Below, one piece after another: positions 15,767 to 24,130 of a DNA stretch of 25,196 nucleotides (positions are counted from its first letter, which is position 1; each line of letters starts with the position of its first letter). Origin of the DNA: a virus (Duplodnaviria > Caudoviricetes); the IMG/VR virus record IMGVR_UViG_3300032312_001474, positions 1-25,196 of that record. One strand, given 5' to 3'. The notes under the pieces were generated by a model. That model had not been told where the DNA came from. It made no database searches and was given only the letters and a program-made list of their open reading frames with translations. The translations under genes were made by a program, and so were the position numbers.

Positions 15767-16270
15767 TTAGCCTTTTTTGGCATTTGTCTTTCTGTCGCCC
15801 AGCAATCTTTCCAGCAATTCGTTGCGATCTAACACATGGCCCTGGCCCTGCTGTGCTGGTGTGTGATCTGCATCTGCGGTTTTTATATCCAGATTGGCTT
15901 TTTTCAACTGTAGATCAATCATTCGGAGTTTTTTGTTGAGCTTGGCTGTTTTGGCTGTGAGCGCATGGCCCAGCATGGTGCCTGCAACACCAAAAATTTC
16001 AGCAGCAAATCTTGAATCCACCTGCATGCCCAGACTCATCAGTTCATCAAAGGTATCTGTGGCTTTTTGTGCTAGCTCATCCATTTCGGTATCTGAGGAG
16101 CTGAGATCTCGTACTCCCGGCAGGGCAGCATCAATCTTGTCTATGGTGGTGTCTATTTCGTACAAGGCAGCTTGAGTCTGTTCAGTGGTGTATACCACTG
16201 TGTCATCTGAGTCTGCAGACGTTGGCAGGTCAAACAGTTCTTCAAGTTTTTTGTTGGTTGGAAGGGACAT
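15767..16270 (-). CDS. Putative terminase small subunit (gp16-like)
   Basis: Helical/coiled-coil protein ending in a VLDRNELLERL motif resembling gp16 C-termini. Start reassigned to ATG 16270, 4 nt after TAAATA. Confidence 0.6.
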   Translation of the reverse strand: MSLPTNKKLEELFDLPTSADSDDTVVYTTEQTQAALYEIDTTIDKIDAALPGVRDLSSSDTEMDELAQKATDTFDELMSLGMQVDSRFAAEIFGVAGTMLGHALTAKTAKLNKKLRMIDLQLKKANLDIKTADADHTPAQQGQGHVLDRNELLERLLGDRKTNAKKG

Positions 16271-16316
16271 GACGTATTTAGCGGCAGGTGTGGCCGCTGA
16301 TTCCAATCTGCATCAG

Positions 16317-16754
16317 TTACTTGCGAGTTCCGCCCTGGTGAAAGATGTCGGATTCTGTGATTACTCTGAATGTGAGGCCGTTGCGCTTGGCCCACTTGGT
16401 GGCCTGATCCCATTTGGCATAGTTGATTGCCACAATGGCACGTTCTTTTGAACTCATTTTTTCTTCAATTATGCTTTGCTTTCTGGGTTTGATTTCAACC
16501 AGTTCTGCCCGAGTGGTGTTGTTCTTGGTGCGGTATGTGATCAAGAAATCTGGAATGTAATTGTGCATTTTGCCGTCCAGGGGATGACGATAGGGTATTA
16601 CCACACATTCCGACCCCCACTGCATGATGTTGTCGTTATTGTCCAAGAATGTCATGAACATCTGTTCCCAGCTGCTGCGATAGGTGGGGCTCTTGTTGCC
16701 CACATACTTGGCAGGATTCTTGGGCTGGAATATGCCTTTTGCAAAATTAGTCAT
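16317..16754 (-). CDS. gp4: Head completion nuclease (T4 gp4-like; TnsA-like PD-(D/E)xK fold)
   Basis: PKNPAKYVG, YRSSWE, WGSE, YIPDF, VEIKP, NYAKW and FRVITE. Confidence 0.9.
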   Translation of the reverse strand: MTNFAKGIFQPKNPAKYVGNKSPTYRSSWEQMFMTFLDNNDNIMQWGSECVVIPYRHPLDGKMHNYIPDFLITYRTKNNTTRAELVEIKPRKQSIIEEKMSSKERAIVAINYAKWDQATKWAKRNGLTFRVITESDIFHQGGTRK

Positions 16755-16769
16755 GGCATATTCCTGTTG

Positions 16770-17132
16770 TTATGGCAGTACGTTTCTTGCAGTGTAGAAG
16801 TTGGGAGTAACTGATGCACCGAACCCCAACAGGGTCGAGCCGCTTCTCATGTTGTTGAGATAGTATGCCAGGGTCTGTGTGAGTTGCAGTTGACCTTGAC
16901 CCTCGAGTGCTGCCAGAATACTCAGTATATTGGTACCAGTCTCGTCAGCAATCCTAAACAAGGACACTGTGAAATTGCCTGCAGCCTGGTCAGTGGTAAA
17001 CACTGACCTAAGGAAACTGTACACAATGTCGTATTCTTCAGCAGAGACAAACTGTTCGTAGTTGTAGAATTGATCAAAGATTCTTACTGTTAGATCTACA
17101 TTGTCATTGATTGTGTTGACTGTGCCGCCCAT
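16770..17132 (-). CDS. Hypothetical protein in the tail/head operon
   Basis: 120 aa from ATG 17132, tightly packed between structural genes. Confidence 0.75.
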   Translation of the reverse strand: MGGTVNTINDNVDLTVRIFDQFYNYEQFVSAEEYDIVYSFLRSVFTTDQAAGNFTVSLFRIADETGTNILSILAALEGQGQLQLTQTLAYYLNNMRSGSTLLGFGASVTPNFYTARNVLP

Positions 17133-17134
17133 GA

Positions 17135-18283
17135 TCAAAAACGTCCCGGTGATCTTGGAAAAACAAATCCGCCATTGCCGCCTGGCTGTTGACGAACTGC
17201 TGCTGGAATACTCTTTCTCAACACATCTTTGAGAGCAAGATTGGCTTCTTCATTTGTGATAGCTCTTAGATCCTTGCCCTTGAATGTGTTGTAGGCTGTG
17301 CCTGCCTTTTGCACAGCACCAATCACACCTGCCACACCGCCGCTCTGTAGATCTTGCACAATGCCAATGCCTGCATCCAGCAGGCCACCTTGGCCCAGCA
17401 CAGTGCTGGTACTGCCTGGTCTGGCCAGACTGGATCGAATGTTGTCATAATAGGCAGGATCAGCAAACCCTCTCACATTGGTATCGGGTCGAACCGCACC
17501 AATGGCGCCCGAGTAATATTTCACAGTTTCAAACTGTATACTCATGGTATTTTGCATGACTCCTGAGCCTTCGGAATAGTTATAGGTATCATGACTCCAA
17601 CTCTGGATCAAGGGATTGATCAGCACATAGCTGGCCCACTTGTGTTGGTTCATGCCGTAGATGGTGATATCTTTGAAGAAGGGCGGTTTACCAGAACTTT
17701 GATCCGCACCTGAACCAACGCCGCTGCTGCCTGAGTTGCTTTGATCATAGCTTTCACCAATAAACCCCCAGTCGTTGACTGGACGGTCATTGGCATAGAT
17801 ATCGCGATTGTTGTAGCCAAATCCTGGTAGGCTTTGAATTGGCCCAATGCTGCCATTTTGATTGCTGGCTCCGCCGTACTGTTGACTGGGATCTTTGTAG
17901 TAGTAGCTGTAGTAGTTGTACCACATGTTTCGAGTCAGATCGCCGCCGTCGTCGTGAAACGTTACCTGCACCGGATCATAGTTGATTTTTTTCTGAATCA
18001 GACGTTTGCGATTGTACTGATTCAGTACCTCGGTCTCCATTTTGAATTTTGGCAGCTCTATGCTCTTGACCATGAGGCCAATGGTGCTTTTTTCAGTTTC
18101 TGAGAACACTGCCTGCAATGGGCGAACTTCAGACGTGTTGATGTTGAAGTAGCAGTGGAACAAGAACTTGTTCCGTGGTGCATACTCATATCCATTGGTG
18201 AGAAAGGTCTTGGAAGCATGGGCGTAGTCTTTGAGACCTTGCCCACCAAAAAAACCTCGGAGGAAATCTTCTCCCCAGGCCAT
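17135..18283 (-). CDS. Tail-tube-fold protein (baseplate tube initiator/cap, gp48/gp54-like)
   Basis: VKSIELPKF...NQYNRKR...YDPVQVTFHDD parallels the adjacent tube protein (VIDFKRPTL...WQEVTCNLRDD); lies directly after the tube gene. Confidence 0.7.
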   Translation of the reverse strand: MAWGEDFLRGFFGGQGLKDYAHASKTFLTNGYEYAPRNKFLFHCYFNINTSEVRPLQAVFSETEKSTIGLMVKSIELPKFKMETEVLNQYNRKRLIQKKINYDPVQVTFHDDGGDLTRNMWYNYYSYYYKDPSQQYGGASNQNGSIGPIQSLPGFGYNNRDIYANDRPVNDWGFIGESYDQSNSGSSGVGSGADQSSGKPPFFKDITIYGMNQHKWASYVLINPLIQSWSHDTYNYSEGSGVMQNTMSIQFETVKYYSGAIGAVRPDTNVRGFADPAYYDNIRSSLARPGSTSTVLGQGGLLDAGIGIVQDLQSGGVAGVIGAVQKAGTAYNTFKGKDLRAITNEEANLALKDVLRKSIPAAVRQQPGGNGGFVFPRSPGRF

Positions 18284-18289
18284 AATTGA

Positions 18290-18907
18290 TTATCCTGTTA
18301 TGACGTCGTTGACAGTTCTAGCAATTGTCGACCCAATACCTGTGCCGTTGGGTGTTTGATTGGCGTTGTCGTACACCATAGTCATAGCAATTGTTGCTGG
18401 TGCGCTTTCTGAGTAGGCCATGTTGCCATAGTCCACGCTTCTTAGATAGCAACCATACAATTCCCATGTTTCCAGCACAATCGGTGCGGCTCCGCCATTG
18501 CCGCCGTCTAGCACTTCAAAACGTGTGGTAAACTTGTAGTCAATGCCGGAAGCAGCTGAGGCCATTTCCAAAAAGTCCATCTGCTTCTGTAGCTGTTCGC
18601 CTACCAGTCTACTGACAGCACCTGATGCATCGTCACGTAGATTGCAAGTGACCTCTTGCCATTTGCCCTTGCCTGCTAGATACAATGTGCTGTTGTAAAT
18701 TGGTATCTCGATGTTGTCAAATGTCAAAGTAGGTCGTTTGAAGTCTATGACCTGCTTGGTCAATTCTGTTCGTGGTGTACTGACACCAAAGTTTTCAAAT
18801 ATCACTCGGAAACGATATTTGAGTTTGGGCATGAGCAGACCTTGGTTGCTTGCGCTTTGATCGCTTGCCAAGGGCACTGTCATTCGGGTTAATGATGCAA
18901 CGGCCAT
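18290..18907 (-). CDS. gp19: Tail tube protein (gp19-like)
   Basis: PKLKYRFRV, YLAGKGKW, WELYGCY and YGNMAY motifs; 205 aa; follows the sheath; AGGAG SD. Confidence 0.88.
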   Translation of the reverse strand: MAVASLTRMTVPLASDQSASNQGLLMPKLKYRFRVIFENFGVSTPRTELTKQVIDFKRPTLTFDNIEIPIYNSTLYLAGKGKWQEVTCNLRDDASGAVSRLVGEQLQKQMDFLEMASAASGIDYKFTTRFEVLDGGNGGAAPIVLETWELYGCYLRSVDYGNMAYSESAPATIAMTMVYDNANQTPNGTGIGSTIARTVNDVITG

Positions 18908-18928
18908 ATTTGTAATCTCCTATGCAGT

Positions 18929-18934
18929 TATTTA
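18929..18934 (-). promoter_or_regulatory. TAAATA late-promoter-like box for the tail tube gene
   Basis: GGTAAATAACTGCATAGGAGATTACAAATATG on the minus strand, just downstream of a terminator. Confidence 0.7.
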
Positions 18935-18948
18935 CCTCAACTGAGGCC

Positions 18949-18976
18949 AAAAAAATGGGGTGTTGCCACCCCATTT
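18949..18976 (-). terminator. Rho-independent terminator after the tail sheath gene
   Basis: Minus strand AAATGGGGTG-GCAA-CACCCCATTT then TTTT: 10-bp stem, GNRA tetraloop, U7 tract. Confidence 0.9.
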
Positions 18977-18993
18977 GTCAGTCTAGCAACAGA

Positions 18994-21900
18994 TTAAACA
19001 GTGGTTGCTGTGGCCACTTGTCCTGCAGCAATTTCTCCTGTGTTCTTAAGACGCAGAGGAATGTAGATGAATTCCACGGACTTCACAGGTTCTATGGCAA
19101 TATCAACCCAGAGTTCGTTGGCATCAATTCTAGCAGGTGTGTTGTTGGAATCATCACACACCACCAGGAAGTCATAGATACCACGCTTGGCCACCAGGTC
19201 AATACACAGGCCGTTGATAGCGTTGGCTATTTCGTTTCTGGTGATCTGATCGTTGGGTTCAAACAAGAACTGTTTGCCGATTTCTTCCAATCTGCCACGC
19301 ATGAATGCAACCAATCGGGCCACATTGATACGATCCAGAGCACTGGCCGTACCATAAATGGTCTTGTTGCCGAAGTTGGTGATACCCACACCCGGAACAA
19401 ACGTGATTGGGTTGATACGGTTTTGGTACTCAAGATCACGTAGACCTTGGTTGTTGCCAACAGTCACAAACTCTCCGGTTTGACTGTCGATATAACCAAT
19501 GGTGGCTGCGTTGTCAATCACACCGCGTCTTGTACCAGCTGGTGCCAACCATGGATAGCTGACTTCGTCGCTGCGAATAATTGTGCGTACCATCATGTGA
19601 CTAGGTGCTGTCACGACTGTGCTTCCGCCCAGGTCTGTGGTCTGACAGCTGGGATAGAACACAGCAGCATAGGGTGTGCTGGTGGTCAAGCCGTCGCTGG
19701 CAAATGTACCAAGCCCGCTGTTGTTTGTGGCCCAGGATATCAGTTCGTTACCACTGGCACCCAAGCGCATGGGAGTGTCGCCAACCACAAAGCAGGTGTT
19801 GTTGCGTTCGTTGCTGAGAGCAGACATGTTCACAATCAATTCTGGATATCCAGTACATGCCAAGAGATTGAACACAGCCTGTTCTTCACGAATTGTGATG
19901 CTGGTATCAATGCCAGACTTGAGTGCTGCCACAACCAATGCACGTTGTGCCAGTCGTCCCATGTTGGGTGCGCCATCTGCTCTGTTGCCAGAAGCTGTGA
20001 CCCAGCTATTGGTCACCAGCGGATCCCAGAACGCAGTCTGTGTGGCCGGATTCTGATTGGTACTGGCCTGAACTGCCACATACAGCACTGCATTGTACAA
20101 CACTTGATCGCCCACAGCATAGCTGGTGCTATTGCTCCAGGTATCGTAGCTGAAATCAGCAGCATTGAAATAGTCGACCTGAAAACTTTTGACATTGAAT
20201 CCTGAACGACGTGTGTTGAACAACAACATGCCTGTGGGATACAGTGCAGAATCAGGTGCATCAACATCCAGATAGTTGCTGGTCAACAGACTGGTAATTG
20301 TGGGCAGGTTGCCTGTGATTGGATCCACAGTGCCTGTGGTACTCCAACGAGCATCAGCAAACAACACACCATTTTCAGTGGTTTGGTCAGTGTTGTCGAT
20401 CAAGACCCACTGATCCACACCTTCAACATTTTGCCAACGCTTGATCACAGGGTAAATTTCAAGATTGCTGGTATCAATCCAGAGATCACCATAGACCAAA
20501 ACAGTGCCATCACTTTGTGTGGTGGGTGCTGTGGCAGAGATTTGTGGTCCTGCTGGATCTGTCAAGGAAAGATTGTCACCGCGAACATCATTGGTTTCGT
20601 TTCGATATCCAACCCATCCTGTGCCACTCTGAATCATGATATCAACTTGGCTGGTGGTAGAATAGTACCAATAACGCCCATCGGCCGGATCCTGATCCGG
20701 AGCAACTGCACTGGCAGTGTACTCCAGTGCCACCCAATTGCTCAACGACAACCATGTGTCGTTGAATGCTGTGATTGGCGGAACTGTGTCGTTATCAAGA
20801 TAAACAGTGCGGCAGCCTGTGACTGACGTGCTGAAACCTGCTTTTGTCACTGGCGTTGTACCGTTGGTGTTTTGCAACAAGATTGATCCGCCTTGTGATT
20901 GAGTAAACACAATATAACCATTGCTGTCAACACTGGCACTGACGTTCGGCACATTGGCAGCACTCACTGCCCGCAAAAATGCACTAGGGCCCGAACCTTG
21001 TGCGGTACTTATAGTAACCTCTACTTGAGTGGTTGGTGTTGCGCTGTTGGCAACCGAAGTTATGATATAAAATTGATCACCATTGGCAAAGGTTGGATTT
21101 GCAACTGATCCAGTGATCACTGTGGGTCCTGCTGCTGCTCTTTCGAATACCTGCAAGGTATAGGTATTGTCAAAGGGATGATTGCTGCTGGGGGCTCCAC
21201 TTAGACTTGGCGCCACATTATATTGTGTGTATGTTGTTCCAACTGGAATGTTTTTGCCGCCACCAGTGGGATCCAATGCTGCATTGGCACTGAAATCATT
21301 GGCATATACCGTGGCAGATTGTTGTACAAACGCACCCAGAGCAGAGCTGTATTTTTTTACAACCATTGAGGTTCCAAGATTGCTGCTGGTAATCTTGTTC
21401 CAGACGCTGCCTGTGGGTCTAGGTTGGTCATCGGTGCTTCTCCAACGTGGCACAGTGTAATTGGCACTTTGCTGCAGAGTAGGAGCATAGGTGGCAACGT
21501 TGGCCGTGATGCCCAGTGTGGTCAATAGACCTGCAGTTGATCCCGCTGAACTGACCGTGATGATACCGTCGTCAGCCGTGGAGCCGTCGGCAGTGGCTCT
21601 TCCATCTGCAAACAAACACAGCTTGTTGTCGATCACAGCTGAGTAAACACCATCAATGGCTGCGGTGTTGATGGCTGCACTAAGACCTTCAATGTCGTTG
21701 TTGGGAGCAGCAGGAACAGTGACAGTGGTGCCGTTGATAACAATGGTGTTGCCAGCTGTCAAATCAACAGTCACAGCATTGGCGCCTGTGATGGTTGGCC
21801 AGCTCAGTTTCCATTCGTTGGATCCAACCAGGACCCAGGTATTGTACAAGTCCGACAAATCAGTGGCAGTGGTCTGGGCTGTGGTTACTGCACCATTTTT

Positions 21901-22494
21901 GTAGTACATGGGGTTGGCTGTGTTGGTTGCAACCACAGCATAATCGCCAATGCTGCCATAGTCAGTTGAAGGAATACCGTTGGTAAGATCTCCAGTGTCA
22001 GTTATGACCAACGGTACTTGATTGCTAAAAGCACCAGTGGTCAAGTTCCATTCAAATGCGCCCCAGATGGTGTTGGCAGTATCCAACCAGAATGTGCCAT
22101 CATTGGGTTCGCCTGTGGGACGAGTCAGACTGGCTGTGAGCTCAGAAAGATCAATATCCACACGCTGCACATACGCACGATTGGTAATACCCAGTGCAGA
22201 GTAAGCAGCCAACAAACCATATTCGTTGAGCTCGTAACCGTTGATCGGTGTACCTGCTGTGGTTTTATAGAAAAACGGATTGCCAAATGTGGCTGACAGA
22301 TCACGTTGACTGGTGACCAAATAAACCTTGTTTGCATTGGCCTTCAGGGTGCCAGCTGCAACTCCAACGCCAGAACCTGAAACTTTGTTTTGCGCTGTGG
22401 CAATCAACATGTAGGGTACTGAGTTTGTGGCTGCAGGAATGTAATTTGTTTCGTCAATTACTGTGACTTGAACTCCGGGTGATACTAGTGCCAT
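18994..22494 (-). CDS. gp18: Contractile tail sheath protein (gp18-like) with large inserted domains
   Basis: N-terminal LVSPGVQVTVIDE and FGNP; C-terminal PWLAPAGTRRG, NRINPI, FGNKT, ALDRINVARL, FLFEPND, VVCDDSNNTP and IEPVKSVEFIYIP. Confidence 0.96.
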   Translation of the reverse strand: MALVSPGVQVTVIDETNYIPAATNSVPYMLIATAQNKVSGSGVGVAAGTLKANANKVYLVTSQRDLSATFGNPFFYKTTAGTPINGYELNEYGLLAAYSALGITNRAYVQRVDIDLSELTASLTRPTGEPNDGTFWLDTANTIWGAFEWNLTTGAFSNQVPLVITDTGDLTNGIPSTDYGSIGDYAVVATNTANPMYYKNGAVTTAQTTATDLSDLYNTWVLVGSNEWKLSWPTITGANAVTVDLTAGNTIVINGTTVTVPAAPNNDIEGLSAAINTAAIDGVYSAVIDNKLCLFADGRATADGSTADDGIITVSSAGSTAGLLTTLGITANVATYAPTLQQSANYTVPRWRSTDDQPRPTGSVWNKITSSNLGTSMVVKKYSSALGAFVQQSATVYANDFSANAALDPTGGGKNIPVGTTYTQYNVAPSLSGAPSSNHPFDNTYTLQVFERAAAGPTVITGSVANPTFANGDQFYIITSVANSATPTTQVEVTISTAQGSGPSAFLRAVSAANVPNVSASVDSNGYIVFTQSQGGSILLQNTNGTTPVTKAGFSTSVTGCRTVYLDNDTVPPITAFNDTWLSLSNWVALEYTASAVAPDQDPADGRYWYYSTTSQVDIMIQSGTGWVGYRNETNDVRGDNLSLTDPAGPQISATAPTTQSDGTVLVYGDLWIDTSNLEIYPVIKRWQNVEGVDQWVLIDNTDQTTENGVLFADARWSTTGTVDPITGNLPTITSLLTSNYLDVDAPDSALYPTGMLLFNTRRSGFNVKSFQVDYFNAADFSYDTWSNSTSYAVGDQVLYNAVLYVAVQASTNQNPATQTAFWDPLVTNSWVTASGNRADGAPNMGRLAQRALVVAALKSGIDTSITIREEQAVFNLLACTGYPELIVNMSALSNERNNTCFVVGDTPMRLGASGNELISWATNNSGLGTFASDGLTTSTPYAAVFYPSCQTTDLGGSTVVTAPSHMMVRTIIRSDEVSYPWLAPAGTRRGVIDNAATIGYIDSQTGEFVTVGNNQGLRDLEYQNRINPITFVPGVGITNFGNKTIYGTASALDRINVARLVAFMRGRLEEIGKQFLFEPNDQITRNEIANAINGLCIDLVAKRGIYDFLVVCDDSNNTPARIDANELWVDIAIEPVKSVEFIYIPLRLKNTGEIAAGQVATATTV

Positions 22495-22521
22495 TTTGGC
22501 TCCTTTAAAAACTTATGTAGA

Positions 22522-22588
22522 TATTTATCGGATGATGACAAAACCAGTGGTGTTGTGCTGCCCTTTGCAAAGGTTTGCGGGGTAAATA
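22522..22588. promoter_or_regulatory. Divergent TAAATA boxes (minus 22522-22527, plus 22583-22588) flanking a 12-bp palindrome CCTTTGCAAAGG (22562-22573)
   Basis: Read directly from the intergenic sequence between the sheath gene and the Zn-finger/HNH gene. Confidence 0.65.
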
Positions 22589-22592
22589 CACC

Positions 22593-22937
22593 ATGAGACC
22601 TGTGTGTGCTGCCTGTAACCAACGCTTTGTGGCTGTGAACTACACCCGCGACGATGTTGTACACTATCGATCAAAATGCGATCACTGCATTAGAAGAAAT
22701 AAAAAAATCAAACCCCCTGAAGCTCTTTGGAAAAAAGCAGGCTACAAGAAAAAAGCCATCTGCGATAAGTGTGGCTTTAGATCACGATATGCTGGTCAGT
22801 TGCTGGTGTGTCACCTAGACGGAAACCTGCGCAACGTGTCCTTGAACAACCTACGCACAGTTTGTTTGAACTGCATGGAGGAAGTGAAGCGTCTTGATAT
22901 CCCGTGGGTGCCTAGTCAGATTCAAGCTGATCGCTGA
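22593..22937 (+). CDS. Cys-rich Zn-finger / HNH-like protein
   Basis: Four CxxC pairs plus CHLDGNLRNVSLNNLRTVCLNC (HNH-like). ATG 22593 lies 4 nt after TAAATA. Confidence 0.8.
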   Translation: MRPVCAACNQRFVAVNYTRDDVVHYRSKCDHCIRRNKKIKPPEALWKKAGYKKKAICDKCGFRSRYAGQLLVCHLDGNLRNVSLNNLRTVCLNCMEEVKRLDIPWVPSQIQADR

Positions 22938-23566
22938 TTTACCAGCTGCTGCACCTGTTCGTACAGGTGATCTAGGCTGGAATTGTTGTCTAGCACAGCA
23001 TCAAAGTTGGTGCCAGCCCAGGCATATTCGCTGGCATGTACTCGAGACTGATCCAGGCGGCTCTTGCTCAGACTCCAGGTGGCATTGCCATCAGGTCCTT
23101 GATTTACGCTGACGGCTGCATCGTACCAGTCGGGTTCAGGGCCACGAGTCACACGCACCACAATGCCGCCGGCTGACTTGATTGATCGGATTTCGTTGGG
23201 AAATCTGCAGTCACTGATCACAACATCGTCTGTTGAGTTACGCAGTTTGTTTTCTAAACTGGCAATCCAGATATCATCATGGAAACCTGCTCTGCAAACT
23301 TCTGTACCCCAGTTCTGAAGTACCCAACGTGGTGTTAATTTGGGCATGCCCAATCGTTCGGCCCACCATGGATCCACCTGTTCACGCCATTCTCGAGCTT
23401 GTTTTGTACGCCCTTCCAGTAGCTCTCGGTCCCAGCCAAACACATTGGCCACTGCATCTTTGAGGGTGTTGGCAAAACTTTCTCTGCGGAATTGATGTAT
23501 GTTAACAAGATAGTCTGCAATGGTGTCTTTGCCACTTGAAATAAATCCCACAACTCCGATGATCAT
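22922..23566 (-). CDS. Deoxynucleoside monophosphate kinase (T4 gp1-like)
   Basis: IIGVVGFISSGKDT P-loop, SFANTLKD, TPRWVLQNWGTE, VVISDCRFPNE and HASE. Confidence 0.92.
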   Translation of the reverse strand: MIIGVVGFISSGKDTIADYLVNIHQFRRESFANTLKDAVANVFGWDRELLEGRTKQAREWREQVDPWWAERLGMPKLTPRWVLQNWGTEVCRAGFHDDIWIASLENKLRNSTDDVVISDCRFPNEIRSIKSAGGIVVRVTRGPEPDWYDAAVSVNQGPDGNATWSLSKSRLDQSRVHASEYAWAGTNFDAVLDNNSSLDHLYEQVQQLVNQRSA

Positions 23567-24087
23567 TTTAGTTCCTTTATGTCGAGATGTTTTAGTGTGG
23601 CTTGCAGCATGTCAATTTGACGACGGCAATCCTCTAGTGCATGATGACTGGTGGGAGGACGCGGCAGTTCGGGCCACAAACTGTATATGGTGCGACTGTC
23701 ACGAACCACGTAAAATTGCCAGGGAATAGGCTTGTTGTAGCTCTTGTAGGCATGCTCAATGATGTTCATGTCGTAGGTGGGACCGTTGGCCCAGATCAAT
23801 CGGCTCTGCCAGATCAGCTTGCCCAATTCGTCCAAGGCCTGGTCCAGAGGAATACGGCCTTGTTCGTTGAATGCTTCGTCCCTGGCTGCGGCTGGTTGGG
23901 CGGCCCACCAGTCTATGGTGCCTTGTTGTATGCTACGAGCTTCTTGGCTTTCCAGATCAATTCTGGCATAGTAGTGCCGGTTGTGATAGCCGGAGCCAAG
24001 CGGATCAAAACTCTGAGCTGCAATGGTCAGGATTGTGGTATCTGGACCAGTGCCCAGTCCTTCAATGTCTATCATCAAGTCTGCCAT
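23563..24087 (-). CDS. DEDDh 3'-5' exonuclease (RNase AS/DUF5051, DexA-like)
   Basis: ExoI MIDIEGLG, ExoII WANGPTYD, RDSRT and ExoIII HHALEDC. Confidence 0.88.
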   Translation of the reverse strand: MADLMIDIEGLGTGPDTTILTIAAQSFDPLGSGYHNRHYYARIDLESQEARSIQQGTIDWWAAQPAAARDEAFNEQGRIPLDQALDELGKLIWQSRLIWANGPTYDMNIIEHAYKSYNKPIPWQFYVVRDSRTIYSLWPELPRPPTSHHALEDCRRQIDMLQATLKHLDIKELK

Positions 24088-24093
24088 GCGATC

Positions 24094-24122
24094 ATTATAA
24101 CACAGAGTGGCTCATGCCACAA
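24094..24122 (-). promoter_or_regulatory. Sigma70-type promoter (TTGtgg-17-TATAAT, extended -10) 6 nt before the exonuclease ATG
   Basis: Minus strand TTGTGG CATGAGCCACTCTGTGT TATAAT GATCGC ATG. Confidence 0.7.
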
Positions 24123-24130
24123 GAGATAGT

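Noticed and set aside
5755-16306. Longer ORF-track starts at 5886, 9624, 10117, 12366 and 16306 (also 17138 and 22575)
   Set aside because: They overlap upstream genes or run through or abut the promoter box; downstream ATGs fit coupling, signal peptide or promoter spacing better.
16317-16754. TnsA-like nuclease as evidence of a Tn7 transposon
   Set aside because: No tnsB/C or terminal repeats are present; motifs and context match T4 gp4 head-completion nuclease.
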